DNA of 44,188 nt from a virus (lineage: Duplodnaviria > Caudoviricetes). Shown here piece after piece: positions 15,834 through 25,149 of this stretch. The notes below the pieces were generated by a model that did no database searches, had not been told where the DNA came from, and worked only from the letters and a program-made list of their open reading frames with translations. How positions within the stretch are numbered: position 1 is the first letter of the stretch; each line of letters opens with the position of its first letter. Location of the stretch: positions 1-44,188 of the IMG/VR virus record IMGVR_UViG_3300037467_000462. One strand, 5' to 3'. Both the position numbers and the translations under genes were made by a program.

Positions 15834-16062
15834 CAACGCAAAGCAGAAGCTGCGGTCCATTGTCGAGCGCGTCGAAAACCTTGATGAGCAAATCAAGGGG
15901 CTGCGCTCAGATCAGAAAGACATCTATCAGGAAGCGAAGTCGTCCGGCTTCGATTTGAAGGCAATCCGCACCATTGTCCGAATGCGGACGATGGATGATG
16001 AAAAGCGCCGCAACGAAGAAGCTGTGCTCGAATCCTACATGATGGCGCTTGGGATGATCTGA
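15808..16062 (+). CDS. GapR-like (DUF2312) DNA-binding protein
   Basis: LRSIVERVENL...KDIYQEAKSSGFDLKAIRTIVRMR...YMMALGM. Confidence 0.9.
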   Translation: MTEAASIGDNAKQKLRSIVERVENLDEQIKGLRSDQKDIYQEAKSSGFDLKAIRTIVRMRTMDDEKRRNEEAVLESYMMALGMI

Positions 16063-16925
16063 TGGCTAGGATCAGATCAATCAAGCCTGAATTTTGGACG
16101 AGCGAGCAAGTGATGGAATGCTCCGCGCTTGCGCGCCTGCTGTTCATCGGCATGTGGAATTTTGCCGACGATCTTGGCCGCATGTCTTTGTCGCCAAAAA
16201 CCATCAAGGCTCAGATATTCCCGAGCGATGATATTAATTCGGAGAGCGTTCGACGAATGATCGACGAATTATCGTCGAATGGGTTGCTGCTAGTCTACGA
16301 GGTCAACGGACGGGAATACATCCAGATCACCGGCTGGCAGCATCAAAAGATTGACCGACCACAGCCCGGCAAGTGCCCCGCGCCTGTAAACGGCTTCAAA
16401 TCCGGAGAAAAACAGCAATTCGACGAGCACTCGACGAATGATCGACGAACGTTCGACGACGGAAGGGAAGGGAAGGGAGAGGATAGGAAGGGAGAGGAAA
16501 AGAAAGAAACGCGCGCGAGCGCGCTTGCGGTTGGCTGGCCTGCGGACTTCCGCGAACAGTTCTGGAACCGATACCCGAACAAGGTTGGAAAGCCGAAGGC
16601 CCTTGCCAAGCTCGAACTGGCGATGAAGCGCGGTATTGCGTGGCAAGCCATCCTCGACGGGTTGGATCGATACATTCGCACCAAGCCGCCAGACCGGCCA
16701 TGGCTCAACCCGGAAACCTTCATCAATCAACAGCGCTGGACTGACGAGCCGGCAAACGTGAGCAGCGGACATGCAGCAACTCAAAATCGACCCGGTAGCC
16801 TACTCGCAGCCATTGACCGACAACTCGCAAGACTTGAGACGGAAGAAGGAACGCCAAGCGCTGATTTTGCGCTGCCAACGAATGATTTTCTCCGCTTACC
16901 GGACGGATCAATATCCCGATCCTGA
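16062..16925 (+). CDS. Replication initiator (O-like position)
   Basis: MARIRSIKPEFW...LLFIGMWNFADD; FWNRYPNKVGK...NPETFINQQRW; internal iterons. Confidence 0.85.
   Translation: MARIRSIKPEFWTSEQVMECSALARLLFIGMWNFADDLGRMSLSPKTIKAQIFPSDDINSESVRRMIDELSSNGLLLVYEVNGREYIQITGWQHQKIDRPQPGKCPAPVNGFKSGEKQQFDEHSTNDRRTFDDGREGKGEDRKGEEKKETRASALAVGWPADFREQFWNRYPNKVGKPKALAKLELAMKRGIAWQAILDGLDRYIRTKPPDRPWLNPETFINQQRWTDEPANVSSGHAATQNRPGSLLAAIDRQLARLETEEGTPSADFALPTNDFLRLPDGSISRS
16250..16510. repeat. Probable replication origin: TCGACGA iterons at 11-bp period plus polypurine tract
   Basis: Copies at 16250, 16261, 16272 (variant) and 16420, 16431, 16442, 16453; purine run from 16461. Confidence 0.8.
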
Positions 16926-17337
16926 CGGCTACATGGTTTCGCTTGGTGCGGTGCTTGAGCAGTATCCCGATGACGTGGTGCTGTACGTGTCCGACCCGCG
17001 AACCGGCATCCAGCGCGACAGCAAGTGGCCGCCAACGATCAATGAGATTGTCGAAGCATTGGACCGCCGTGCAAGTGATTTGAAGCGGAAACAGCGTTTC
17101 GAGAATTGGGGGAACAACGAACCGTTGGCAATCGAGTCGCCGCGCGAAGATCGCGAGGACCGCTTGTCGCTTGACGAGTTGAAGGCCAAGTACGGGGATA
17201 ACTGGGGCCTGACGAGTTTGAACAGCAAGAGCGCGACGGCATCTGACGAAAAGCAGGCGCCATCTTGGGGCGAGATTCAGCGCATCTACCAGGATAATCC
17301 GGGTTTGATGGAGCGGCTGAATAAGCCGAGGGACTGA
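16771..17337 (+). CDS. Replication accessory protein (P/loader position); start uncertain
   Basis: DPRTGI...WPPTINEI; follows the initiator. Confidence 0.6.
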   Translation: MQQLKIDPVAYSQPLTDNSQDLRRKKERQALILRCQRMIFSAYRTDQYPDPDGYMVSLGAVLEQYPDDVVLYVSDPRTGIQRDSKWPPTINEIVEALDRRASDLKRKQRFENWGNNEPLAIESPREDREDRLSLDELKAKYGDNWGLTSLNSKSATASDEKQAPSWGEIQRIYQDNPGLMERLNKPRD

Positions 17338-17405
17338 GCGTGACCCGACCCGGCATCCGTTGGTCGCGGGAGTTGATCCAGTTCAAGCGAGGGGCAAAGC
17401 AAATC

Positions 17406-17936
17406 ATGGTCGGACGACCGCGCAAGATCGGCAAACGGGAACGCAATGGGCGGGTGCAGCGCACCTATGAAAACCCACGAGCGCAGATTGCGGCGCAACC
17501 ACACCGCATGGTGGTGCCTGCGAGGTATCGGGAAATGCAGGAAGCGGAATCCGAGTTCGGCCGCTTGATGCTGAACGGCTGGATCACGCCAGCGCAGTTC
17601 GAAGCGGGCAAGGAATACGCTCGATTGGCCGCACGATACCGGGCTGCGATCCTCGCACCGAACCCAAACCCCTCTGCAATCGATTTAGGAGCCGCTGGGC
17701 GCGGCCACGGCGCGGGGATGGCGGATGATACCGCCCGCGCGATCAAACGCGCCTACGACGCTGCATTTGAATCCTGTGGGCCTGTCAGATTGCAGAAAGC
17801 CATCGCGCACCACGTCATCCATGATCGGAAGATCGACGACTTCGACACGCGGCGGCTGTTAAAGCTGGGGCTGGATAAGCTGGTAACCCATTTTGGTATT
17901 GACCCGGCCTTGCGAATACGTTCTAGTCGTCAGTAA
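17406..17936 (+). CDS. Putative late-gene regulator (Q position)
   Basis: GRPRK..RERNGR; GRLMLNGWITPAQFEAG; last early gene before promoter/terminator. Confidence 0.6.
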   Translation: MVGRPRKIGKRERNGRVQRTYENPRAQIAAQPHRMVVPARYREMQEAESEFGRLMLNGWITPAQFEAGKEYARLAARYRAAILAPNPNPSAIDLGAAGRGHGAGMADDTARAIKRAYDAAFESCGPVRLQKAIAHHVIHDRKIDDFDTRRLLKLGLDKLVTHFGIDPALRIRSSRQ

Positions 17937-18019
17937 TGCAAATGACGAATTGCGCCCGAGGTTCACGCCTTGGGCGTTTCGCGTTTTAGACCCCGCCCCG
18001 ACAGGCGGGGTTTTGTTTT
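17899..18019 (+). promoter_or_regulatory. Putative late promoter, hairpin and terminator (pR'/tR'-like)
   Basis: TTGACC at 17899; GCGCCCGAGG..CCTTGGGCGT hairpin; CCCCGCC..GGCGGGG then TTTTGTTTT. Confidence 0.6.
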
Positions 18020-18031
18020 GAGGGATAGGAC

Positions 18032-18322
18032 ATGAACCTTTCTGATCAAGTTGTGAAAAACCCGACCATCCACGGCAACGCGACCTACGTTAATGCTGTG
18101 CCCGAACTCGGCATGATCGAACGTGCGGCCGGGATCGCCAACGGCTTGCAGTCGCTCCATGACAAGCTCGGCAATCTTCGGGACAAGATCGAGGGCAGTG
18201 GCGAGAACTGCGGCAAGGCAAATGCTCCGACGCCGCACGGTCTCCGTAGCCAACTCTCCGAAGCGGAATCCGTTCTCCGCGCCTGCCACTCCCTGCTCGA
18301 CGATATCGCCGGCAAGTTTTGA
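18032..18322 (+). CDS. Helical hypothetical protein flanked by 16-bp direct repeats
   Basis: ORF with RBS; repeats at 18009-18024 and 18326-18341. Confidence 0.65.
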   Translation: MNLSDQVVKNPTIHGNATYVNAVPELGMIERAAGIANGLQSLHDKLGNLRDKIEGSGENCGKANAPTPHGLRSQLSEAESVLRACHSLLDDIAGKF

Positions 18323-18388
18323 CCCGGTTTTGTTTTGAGGGGATGGGGATGAATAGCGCGCCATTCCAAAAACTTGAGCATTTTCAAA

Positions 18389-18703
18389 ATGGCAGGCGTT
18401 AAAGGCCGTTCAGGCACCAACAAGGGCAAGGATAAGCCGTTCCGCGATGCGCTGCGGATGGAGCTTGCCGCGTTAGGTGACAACGACCCGAAAGCCCTGC
18501 GCGGTCTTGCTCGCAATCTTCTCGCCATTGCATCGGGTGCTGACGGATTGCAGGCAATTAGGGAAATAGCCGACCGCCTCGACGGCAAGCCAGCGCAGGC
18601 CGTGGAGATGTCGGGCAATCTGGCGATCAGCCACGAAGATGCGCTGAACGAATTGGACGATGACGGAACGGGAACGAGCGATCCGGCGACGGCTCAGGGA
18701 TGA
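18389..18703 (+). CDS. terS: Terminase small subunit
   Basis: AIREIADRLDGKPAQ motif; overlaps terL start. Confidence 0.75.
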   Translation: MAGVKGRSGTNKGKDKPFRDALRMELAALGDNDPKALRGLARNLLAIASGADGLQAIREIADRLDGKPAQAVEMSGNLAISHEDALNELDDDGTGTSDPATAQG

Positions 18704-20201
18704 TTTCCGGCACTACGCCGCGAAGTGTCTCAAGATCAGGACGAAGGCCGGGCAGATCGAGCCGCTTACGCTCAACCAGGCTCAACTCTATCTGCATGGT
18801 CGATTGGAAGCGCAGCGAGAGCGGACTGGCAAGGTTCGGGCGCTCGTGCTCAAGGGCCGACAGCAGGGAATTTCGACCTACATCGGAGGCCGGTACTATT
18901 GGCGTGCAACACATGCCAAGGGCTTGCGGGTTTTCATTCTGACGCATGAGCAGGATGCGACGAACAACCTGTTCGGGATGGTCGAGCGTTACCATACGCA
19001 CTGCAATCCGTTGGTTAAGCCTGCGACGGGTGCGGCGAACGCGAAAGAGTTGAGCTTCGAATTGCTCGAAAGCGGTTATGCGGTCGGCACAGCAGGAGCA
19101 AAGGCGGTCGGCCGGTCGCAGACCGTGCAACTGTTCCACGGTTCGGAGGTCGCATTCTGGCCGAATGCAAAGACGCATTTTGCGGGCGTTGTTCAAGCTA
19201 TTCCTGATCTGGCTGGCACTGAGATTGTGCTGGAATCTACTGCGAATGGCGTCGGCGGCGAGTTTCACGAGCGATGGCAGCAGGCAGAGGCCGGGATAGG
19301 CGATTACGAAGCGATCTTCATCCCGTGGTTCTGGCAGCCTGAATATCGGCGCGCGGTGCCGGAAGGGTTTGGGCTCGACGAGGAAGAGCAGGCTTACGCT
19401 GACGCTCACAAGCTGGATCAGGAGCAGATGGCTTGGCGTCGGGCCAAGATCGCGGAATTGAAAGATCCGTTGTTGTTCAAGCAGGAATATCCCGCGACGG
19501 CGGATGAAGCGTTCCAGATGACGGGCCACGATAGCTTCATCAAGGCCGACAAGGTTTTGGCCGCGCGCAAGGCCAATTGCGAAGGTATCGGCCCGTTGGT
19601 ACTCGGTGTCGATCCGGCTCGCTTCGGTGATGATCGGTTCTCGATTGCGTGGCGCAAGGGCCGGCAAGTCTCGAACCTGGAAAGCCGCTCGAAGATCGAC
19701 ACGGTTGCCGGGGCGAATTGGGTCAAGCAGGTGATCGACGCTGATAGCCCAGCGCGGGTGTTTATCGACGTTGGCGGGGTCGGTGCTGGCGTGGTGGACA
19801 TTCTGCACAGTTGGGGCGGTAAGTACCTAGACCTCGTGACGCCGATCAATTTTGGATCGGAACCGCAGGAGCCGCACGTTTTGCTGCCGGACGGCACGAA
19901 GTCAGCCGGGCCGCGCAATCGTCGCGCTGAGATGTGGTCGCGGTCAAAGGACTGGCTTGATGAACCGGGCGGCGCCGACATTCCAGACCGCGACAGCTTG
20001 CAGGCCGATGCTTGTGGACCGGGATATTCCTACGACGTGAACCAGCGGCTTCAACTGGAAAGCAAGGAACACATGCGAGCGCGCGGCGTGCGATCACCTG
20101 ACGAATGGGACGCGATTGTGTTGACGTTCGCGGAGCCGGTGCATGAGGCTGTAGAGCGCCCGCGCGAACGACGCCGCGCCGGTGGGTGGATGGGCGCTTA
20201 A
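18660..20201 (+). CDS. terL: Terminase large subunit
   Basis: LKGRQQGIST Walker A; HGSEVAFW; ESTANG; LGVDPARFGDD nuclease; SPDEWDA. Confidence 0.95.
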   Translation: MTERERAIRRRLRDDFRHYAAKCLKIRTKAGQIEPLTLNQAQLYLHGRLEAQRERTGKVRALVLKGRQQGISTYIGGRYYWRATHAKGLRVFILTHEQDATNNLFGMVERYHTHCNPLVKPATGAANAKELSFELLESGYAVGTAGAKAVGRSQTVQLFHGSEVAFWPNAKTHFAGVVQAIPDLAGTEIVLESTANGVGGEFHERWQQAEAGIGDYEAIFIPWFWQPEYRRAVPEGFGLDEEEQAYADAHKLDQEQMAWRRAKIAELKDPLLFKQEYPATADEAFQMTGHDSFIKADKVLAARKANCEGIGPLVLGVDPARFGDDRFSIAWRKGRQVSNLESRSKIDTVAGANWVKQVIDADSPARVFIDVGGVGAGVVDILHSWGGKYLDLVTPINFGSEPQEPHVLLPDGTKSAGPRNRRAEMWSRSKDWLDEPGGADIPDRDSLQADACGPGYSYDVNQRLQLESKEHMRARGVRSPDEWDAIVLTFAEPVHEAVERPRERRRAGGWMGA

Positions 20202-20204
20202 CGC

Positions 20205-22511
20205 ATGGCAGATGAACCGATGGACGTTGAAGGCAAAGACGCCGACGACGACAGCAAGGCCGCGTCTGCACGTTGGGAAACCATCCATGCTGACGCCTTG
20301 GATGAATACGAACGCGATTGGGAGCGCGAGCGAAACAACCAGGAAGAGGCTTACGAGGATCTGAAATTCCGGCGTGGTCGCCGAGAGGATCAATGGGACC
20401 CTATCGCCTTGTCGCAGCGCAATGGCCGGCCGTGCCACACGATCAATCTGCTGCCGAAGTTCATCCGTCAGGTGACGGGCGATATGCGGAAGATGCGCCC
20501 CAGCATCAAGGCGGTGCCGGTCGATAGTTCTGGCGATCCTGAGACGGCCGACGTTCTGTCCGGCATGTTTCGCTACATCGAGAACCGTTCATTCGCCAAG
20601 CAGGTTTACACGTCGGCGGCTGACAGTCAGGTTTGCTGCGGCATTGGTCATTGGCAAGTGGTGACCGAATATGCCAGCACCACGACGTTCAACCAGGAAC
20701 TCCGCATCGCGGGGATCGAGGACAGCGTTGGCGTTCTGTGGGATGCCGATGCGGTAATGCCGACGCGCGAAGACGCGATGCATTGCTTTGTTCCGATGGA
20801 CATGACCCGCGCCGCGTTCAAGAAACGTTGGCCGGATGCCAAGGCTGACGGGTTCGACACGCGGGCACATGCCGCATTCGAGGGCTGGATCAGCGACGAT
20901 TACATTCGCGTCATGACCTATTGGCGGAAGGAGCCGATCAAGCGCACGTTGGTCCTGATGCCTGATGGATCGATCGATGACATCACCGATCAGGTCAAGG
21001 ATTCGCCAAAGGATCAGATCGCACAGGCATACGAGTTTTTCGCACAGCGCGGCGCGCGCGTTGAGGAGCGCGACAGCTACAAAGTTTGCCGCTACCTGAT
21101 GACACAGGGGGAAATCCTCGAAGAGTACGATTGGAAAGGGATGCATATCCCTATCATTCCGGTGCTCGGTGAGGAAATCCGCATCGCGCGCGAAGTCTAT
21201 CGGCACGGCATCGTGCGCTATGCCCGCGATTTGCAGCGGATGGTGAATTATTACGCGTCGGCCGAGACGGAGGTGGTTGCGCTACAGCCGAAGGCGCCGT
21301 GGATCGTTACCAAATCCATGGTCGAAAAATATTACGACCAATGGGAGACTGCCAACACAGAGAATTTGCCGTTCCTAGAGTTTGACGTAGACCCGAAAGC
21401 GCCGGGCATGAAGCCCGAGCGGTTGCAGCCGCCGGTCGCCTCGCAGGCGATCCAGGAAGGCAGCATTAAGGCCGCCGAAGATATGAAGGCGGTGATCGGT
21501 ATTTACGACGCCAATCTAGGGGCGAAATCGAACGAAACGTCAGGCGTTGCGATTGCCCGCCGTGATGCTCAGGCTGATACCGGGACGTTCGTTTACATCG
21601 ACAATTTCAACATGGCGATCCAGCGCACCGGGCAAATCGCCATGGACCTGATTCCGCATATCTACGACGCGCAACGGATGATCCGCATTATCGGGGACGA
21701 CGGTAAACCTGATCTCGTGGAGATCAACAAGCCGACCGTGACGGACGGTTTACAGCGCGTTGAGCATGACGTGACGGTCGGATCGTATGACGTGATGATC
21801 GAGCAGGGACCGGGCTACACGACGAAGCGCGAGCAGGCCGCCGACAGTATGCAGGCGTTCATCCAAGCGTTCCCGCAAGCCGCGCCGTTGATTGGTGATA
21901 TCTTCGCCAAGGTGCAGGACTGGCCGCACGCGGATGAGATTGGCGAGCGACTTGAAGAAGCGTTGCCGCCGGCGATCAAGAACAAGTTGCAGGAAGAGCG
22001 GGCGCAGGCCAACGTCAAGCCGGGCGAGCAGCCGCAGCCGACGCCGGAGCAGCAACAGGCCGCAAAGCAAGCACAGATGCAGGATGCCACTGCCCAGCTT
22101 GAATTGCAGGGCAAGGACCTCGACAATAAGAAAAAGCAGGCTGAGATAGCCAAGATCATGAGCGAGGCTGGACAGCCAGCTAATGGCGATGCAGGGGCAT
22201 CGCAGATGGACGCCCATTTGCAGGCAATCCAACTTGCTGAGAAGCAGGACGAGCTAGAGACGAAGCGCCAGATCAACGCCATCAACGTCCAGATCAAGTT
22301 GGCTGAGCTTGAGAAGGCGCGTGTCGGGCTGGTGACGACGGGCGAGAAACACGTGATTGAGGTTGCGCGCGGCGTGCAGAACCTTTCGCAGTCCGCCGAC
22401 AAGCACGAGGCAGGAATGACCTCGCAAGCGCAGAATTTTATGCAGGGCAGCGAGAAGCACCGCGCAACGATGGATCAGATGGCAGCACGGTCAGAAGAGG
22501 CCGACGCCTAG
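20205..22511 (+). CDS. P22-like portal protein
   Basis: RPCHTINLL; GIVRYARDLQRMVNY; SNETSGVAIARR; long Q-rich C-terminal helix. Confidence 0.92.
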   Translation: MADEPMDVEGKDADDDSKAASARWETIHADALDEYERDWERERNNQEEAYEDLKFRRGRREDQWDPIALSQRNGRPCHTINLLPKFIRQVTGDMRKMRPSIKAVPVDSSGDPETADVLSGMFRYIENRSFAKQVYTSAADSQVCCGIGHWQVVTEYASTTTFNQELRIAGIEDSVGVLWDADAVMPTREDAMHCFVPMDMTRAAFKKRWPDAKADGFDTRAHAAFEGWISDDYIRVMTYWRKEPIKRTLVLMPDGSIDDITDQVKDSPKDQIAQAYEFFAQRGARVEERDSYKVCRYLMTQGEILEEYDWKGMHIPIIPVLGEEIRIAREVYRHGIVRYARDLQRMVNYYASAETEVVALQPKAPWIVTKSMVEKYYDQWETANTENLPFLEFDVDPKAPGMKPERLQPPVASQAIQEGSIKAAEDMKAVIGIYDANLGAKSNETSGVAIARRDAQADTGTFVYIDNFNMAIQRTGQIAMDLIPHIYDAQRMIRIIGDDGKPDLVEINKPTVTDGLQRVEHDVTVGSYDVMIEQGPGYTTKREQAADSMQAFIQAFPQAAPLIGDIFAKVQDWPHADEIGERLEEALPPAIKNKLQEERAQANVKPGEQPQPTPEQQQAAKQAQMQDATAQLELQGKDLDNKKKQAEIAKIMSEAGQPANGDAGASQMDAHLQAIQLAEKQDELETKRQINAINVQIKLAELEKARVGLVTTGEKHVIEVARGVQNLSQSADKHEAGMTSQAQNFMQGSEKHRATMDQMAARSEEADA

Positions 22512-22558
22512 AGTTTCGTGTGATGCAGGCAGCGTAAGGCCGCCAGCGCCGCGATTGT

Positions 22559-22580
22559 AACCGCCTTCGGGCGGTTTTTT
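22559..22580 (+). terminator. Intrinsic terminator
   Basis: AACCGCC-TTCG-GGCGGTTTTTT. Confidence 0.85.
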
Positions 22581-22594
22581 GTTGGAACCACGAC

Positions 22595-23419
22595 ATGACT
22601 GACGAAACCAACGCGCAGGCAGAAATGCCAGCCGACGACGGTATCATTGATCTCGATCAGACCGAAACGCCTGCTATCGAGAAAAGCGACGGCGAGAAGC
22701 CGGAGCAGGACGAAGCCAAGCCGGAAGACCAAGCCGATCAGAAGAAGGACGGCGAGGGCGAAGGTGAAGGCGAAGAAGACAAGCCGCGAAAGCGCTCTGG
22801 CGTAACCCGCCTCAAGGCGCGCAATTCGCAGCTTATGGAGGAGCTTTCGGCGCGGGAACGCGAGTTGGAGGAGCTTCGCAGTCGTGCAGCGACAGCGGGC
22901 GAGGCCGACAAGGAGCCGAAAGAGGAAGACTTCAACGGTGACTATTTCGCGTATCAGCGGGCGCTTGCCGCCTTCGATACCCGGAAGATCATCCGCGAAG
23001 AAGGCCGGGCCAGCCAAGTCAGGAATCTCGACGCGCAGCGCTCGAATATCCTGCGGGAGCGTTCCGAGGCCCATCAAGAGCGCGTCGAAGCCGCGAAAGA
23101 GTTCATCACGGACTACGACGAAGTTGTCAGCAAGGCTCCTCCGGTTAGCCGGGAGGTCGGTCAGGAGCTTCTATCATCCGACAAGAGCGAGTTGATTGCG
23201 TATCACCTCGCCAAGCATCCCGAACAAATTCACGCGCTCAACAACATGACCGGCAGGGAGCTAGCCAGAGAAATCGGCAGGCTCGAAGGGTCTGTTAGCG
23301 CGCCATCCGCGAAGAAGCAAACATCGGCGCCGCCGCCACCCACTGCCCTCAAGGGCGGGTCTACGCCGCGAAACCCCGAGAGTGATCTCTCGGCGTGGCT
23401 GAAAAAGACCTACGGGTGA
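22595..23419 (+). CDS. Scaffolding protein
   Basis: Acidic N-terminus, coiled coil, ELIAYHLAKHPE...EIGRLE; between portal and coat. Confidence 0.85.
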   Translation: MTDETNAQAEMPADDGIIDLDQTETPAIEKSDGEKPEQDEAKPEDQADQKKDGEGEGEGEEDKPRKRSGVTRLKARNSQLMEELSARERELEELRSRAATAGEADKEPKEEDFNGDYFAYQRALAAFDTRKIIREEGRASQVRNLDAQRSNILRERSEAHQERVEAAKEFITDYDEVVSKAPPVSREVGQELLSSDKSELIAYHLAKHPEQIHALNNMTGRELAREIGRLEGSVSAPSAKKQTSAPPPPTALKGGSTPRNPESDLSAWLKKTYG

Positions 23420-23443
23420 ACGGTGCCTCATCCTTAAGGGGAT

Positions 23444-24682
23444 ATGGCAATGTCTAACACGACTCTCACCGCCTCCATCGTCGCCAAGGCGTCGTTGGCG
23501 ATTCTCGAAAACGAGCTCACGATGGCGAATGCCGTCTATCGTGGGTACGAAGACGAGTTCGACAAGAAGGTCAACGGCTACGAGGTTGGCGACACAATCA
23601 CCATCCGCAAGCCGACTGATTTCACCGTCCGAAACACGATTACGGCCTCGCCGCAGGACGTCTCGGAAGCCAAGGTCACGCTGTCGGTTAACCAGATCGC
23701 CGGCGTTGACTTCAAGTTCACGTCGCAGCAACTCACCCTGAATATCGGGCAGTTGTCGGAACGTGTGATCCGGCCGGCGATGATCCAGATCGCCAACCAG
23801 ATCGACGTTTCGACCATGGCGATGTTCAAGGACATCCCGCAGTGGGTCGGTACGCCCGGCACCACGCTGAGCACCTTCGCGGGCTTCGCCAAGGGCACCA
23901 CGAACCTAGATCAGCGCTCTGTCCCGCAGAACGATCGATCGATGATCCTGGCTCCGGCCGATTATTGGGCTCTGGCGGGCAACCAGACCACGCTGTTCCA
24001 GCCGCAGATTGGTCAGAACGCCTATCGCAACGGCAGCGTCGGCAAGGTCGGCGGCGTCAATAACATGATGTCGCAGAATGCTCCGGTGTTCACGACTGGC
24101 CCGTTTGGCGGTACTCCGCTGGTCAACGGCGCAAGCCAGAACACCACGTATGACCTGACCGGCGCCAACACTCAGTCGCTCATCACTGACGGCTGGACTG
24201 CGGCGGCGGCGGCTCGCGTGGTGGCCGGTGACGTGTTCACCATCGCGGGCGTCTACGATGTGAACCCGGTAACCAAGGCAACGCTGCCGTTCCTCAAGCA
24301 GTTTGTCGTCAAGGCCAATGGCTCGTCTGATGCCTCGGGCAATCTCACCCTGACGATTGCGCCACAGATCATCACTTCGGGCGCGTTCCAGACCGTATCG
24401 GCGGCTCCGGCCGACAATGCGGCGCTGACGTTCATGGGCACGGCAAACACGAACTATGCCAACTCGCTCATGTTCCACAAGAACGCGTTCGCGCTCTGCA
24501 TGGTGCCGATGGTTCGCCCGCCGGGCTCCGTCGATTGCTCGCGCCAGAGCAAGAACGGCATCAGCGTTCGCGTCATCCCGTACTATGACGGCACGAACGA
24601 CGTGAGCAACTGGCGTCTCGACGTGCTCTACGGAACCAAGACAATCGATCCGCGCCTCGCGGTTCGCGTCAGCGGTACCTAG
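23444..24682 (+). CDS. P22-like major capsid protein
   Basis: GDTITIRKP; FHKNAFAL; RLDVLYG. Confidence 0.93.
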   Translation: MAMSNTTLTASIVAKASLAILENELTMANAVYRGYEDEFDKKVNGYEVGDTITIRKPTDFTVRNTITASPQDVSEAKVTLSVNQIAGVDFKFTSQQLTLNIGQLSERVIRPAMIQIANQIDVSTMAMFKDIPQWVGTPGTTLSTFAGFAKGTTNLDQRSVPQNDRSMILAPADYWALAGNQTTLFQPQIGQNAYRNGSVGKVGGVNNMMSQNAPVFTTGPFGGTPLVNGASQNTTYDLTGANTQSLITDGWTAAAAARVVAGDVFTIAGVYDVNPVTKATLPFLKQFVVKANGSSDASGNLTLTIAPQIITSGAFQTVSAAPADNAALTFMGTANTNYANSLMFHKNAFALCMVPMVRPPGSVDCSRQSKNGISVRVIPYYDGTNDVSNWRLDVLYGTKTIDPRLAVRVSGT

Positions 24683-24710
24683 GGCTAGCGCTCCCGCATA
24701 ACCGACAACG

Positions 24711-24740
24711 AAGGCGGCTTTCGAGCCGCCTTTTCCTTTT
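24711..24740 (+). terminator. Terminator after coat gene
   Basis: AAGGCGGCT-TTCG-AGCCGCCTT then T-rich tail. Confidence 0.85.
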
Positions 24741-24750
24741 GAGGTGCAGA

Positions 24751-25149
24751 ATGGGCAAAACCCGTGCGCAACTGATCGCCAAGGTGCTGTCGAATCTGGG
24801 GCTCGGCAACGATACGCCGGCTGCGGAGGACGTGGCTAAAGTTGATCGCGTGGTGGACGACGTGTGCCGTTCGCTGTCCGCTCGAAACATCTACACGTTT
24901 GCTTATCCTGGCTCGCTCGGACCTACAGGCGGCGATATCGAGCCGGAAGCGTTCCAAGAGCTTGCGCATTGCGTCGGCGCCGCTGTCGCGCCTGAGTTCG
25001 ACGATACCGATCCGAAATACGAAGGCTACGCCACGCGGGCTGAAAGCCGCCTTGAAACGGTAGCCGCGCCGTCCCGCACACGCCGGACGTTGCGGATTGA
25101 TCCGGCGCTCACAACGCGCCGTTACGGCTATTACAACGGCGGATTCTAA
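24751..25149 (+). CDS. Head-tail adaptor (gp4 position)
   Basis: TRAQLIAKVLSNLG; synteny. Confidence 0.7.
   Translation: MGKTRAQLIAKVLSNLGLGNDTPAAEDVAKVDRVVDDVCRSLSARNIYTFAYPGSLGPTGGDIEPEAFQELAHCVGAAVAPEFDDTDPKYEGYATRAESRLETVAAPSRTRRTLRIDPALTTRRYGYYNGGF

Noticed and set aside
18627-19808. 393-aa minus-strand ORF and similar long antisense ORFs in structural genes
   Set aside because: Expected shadows in high-GC coding DNA; no motifs, unlike the MTase alternative frame.
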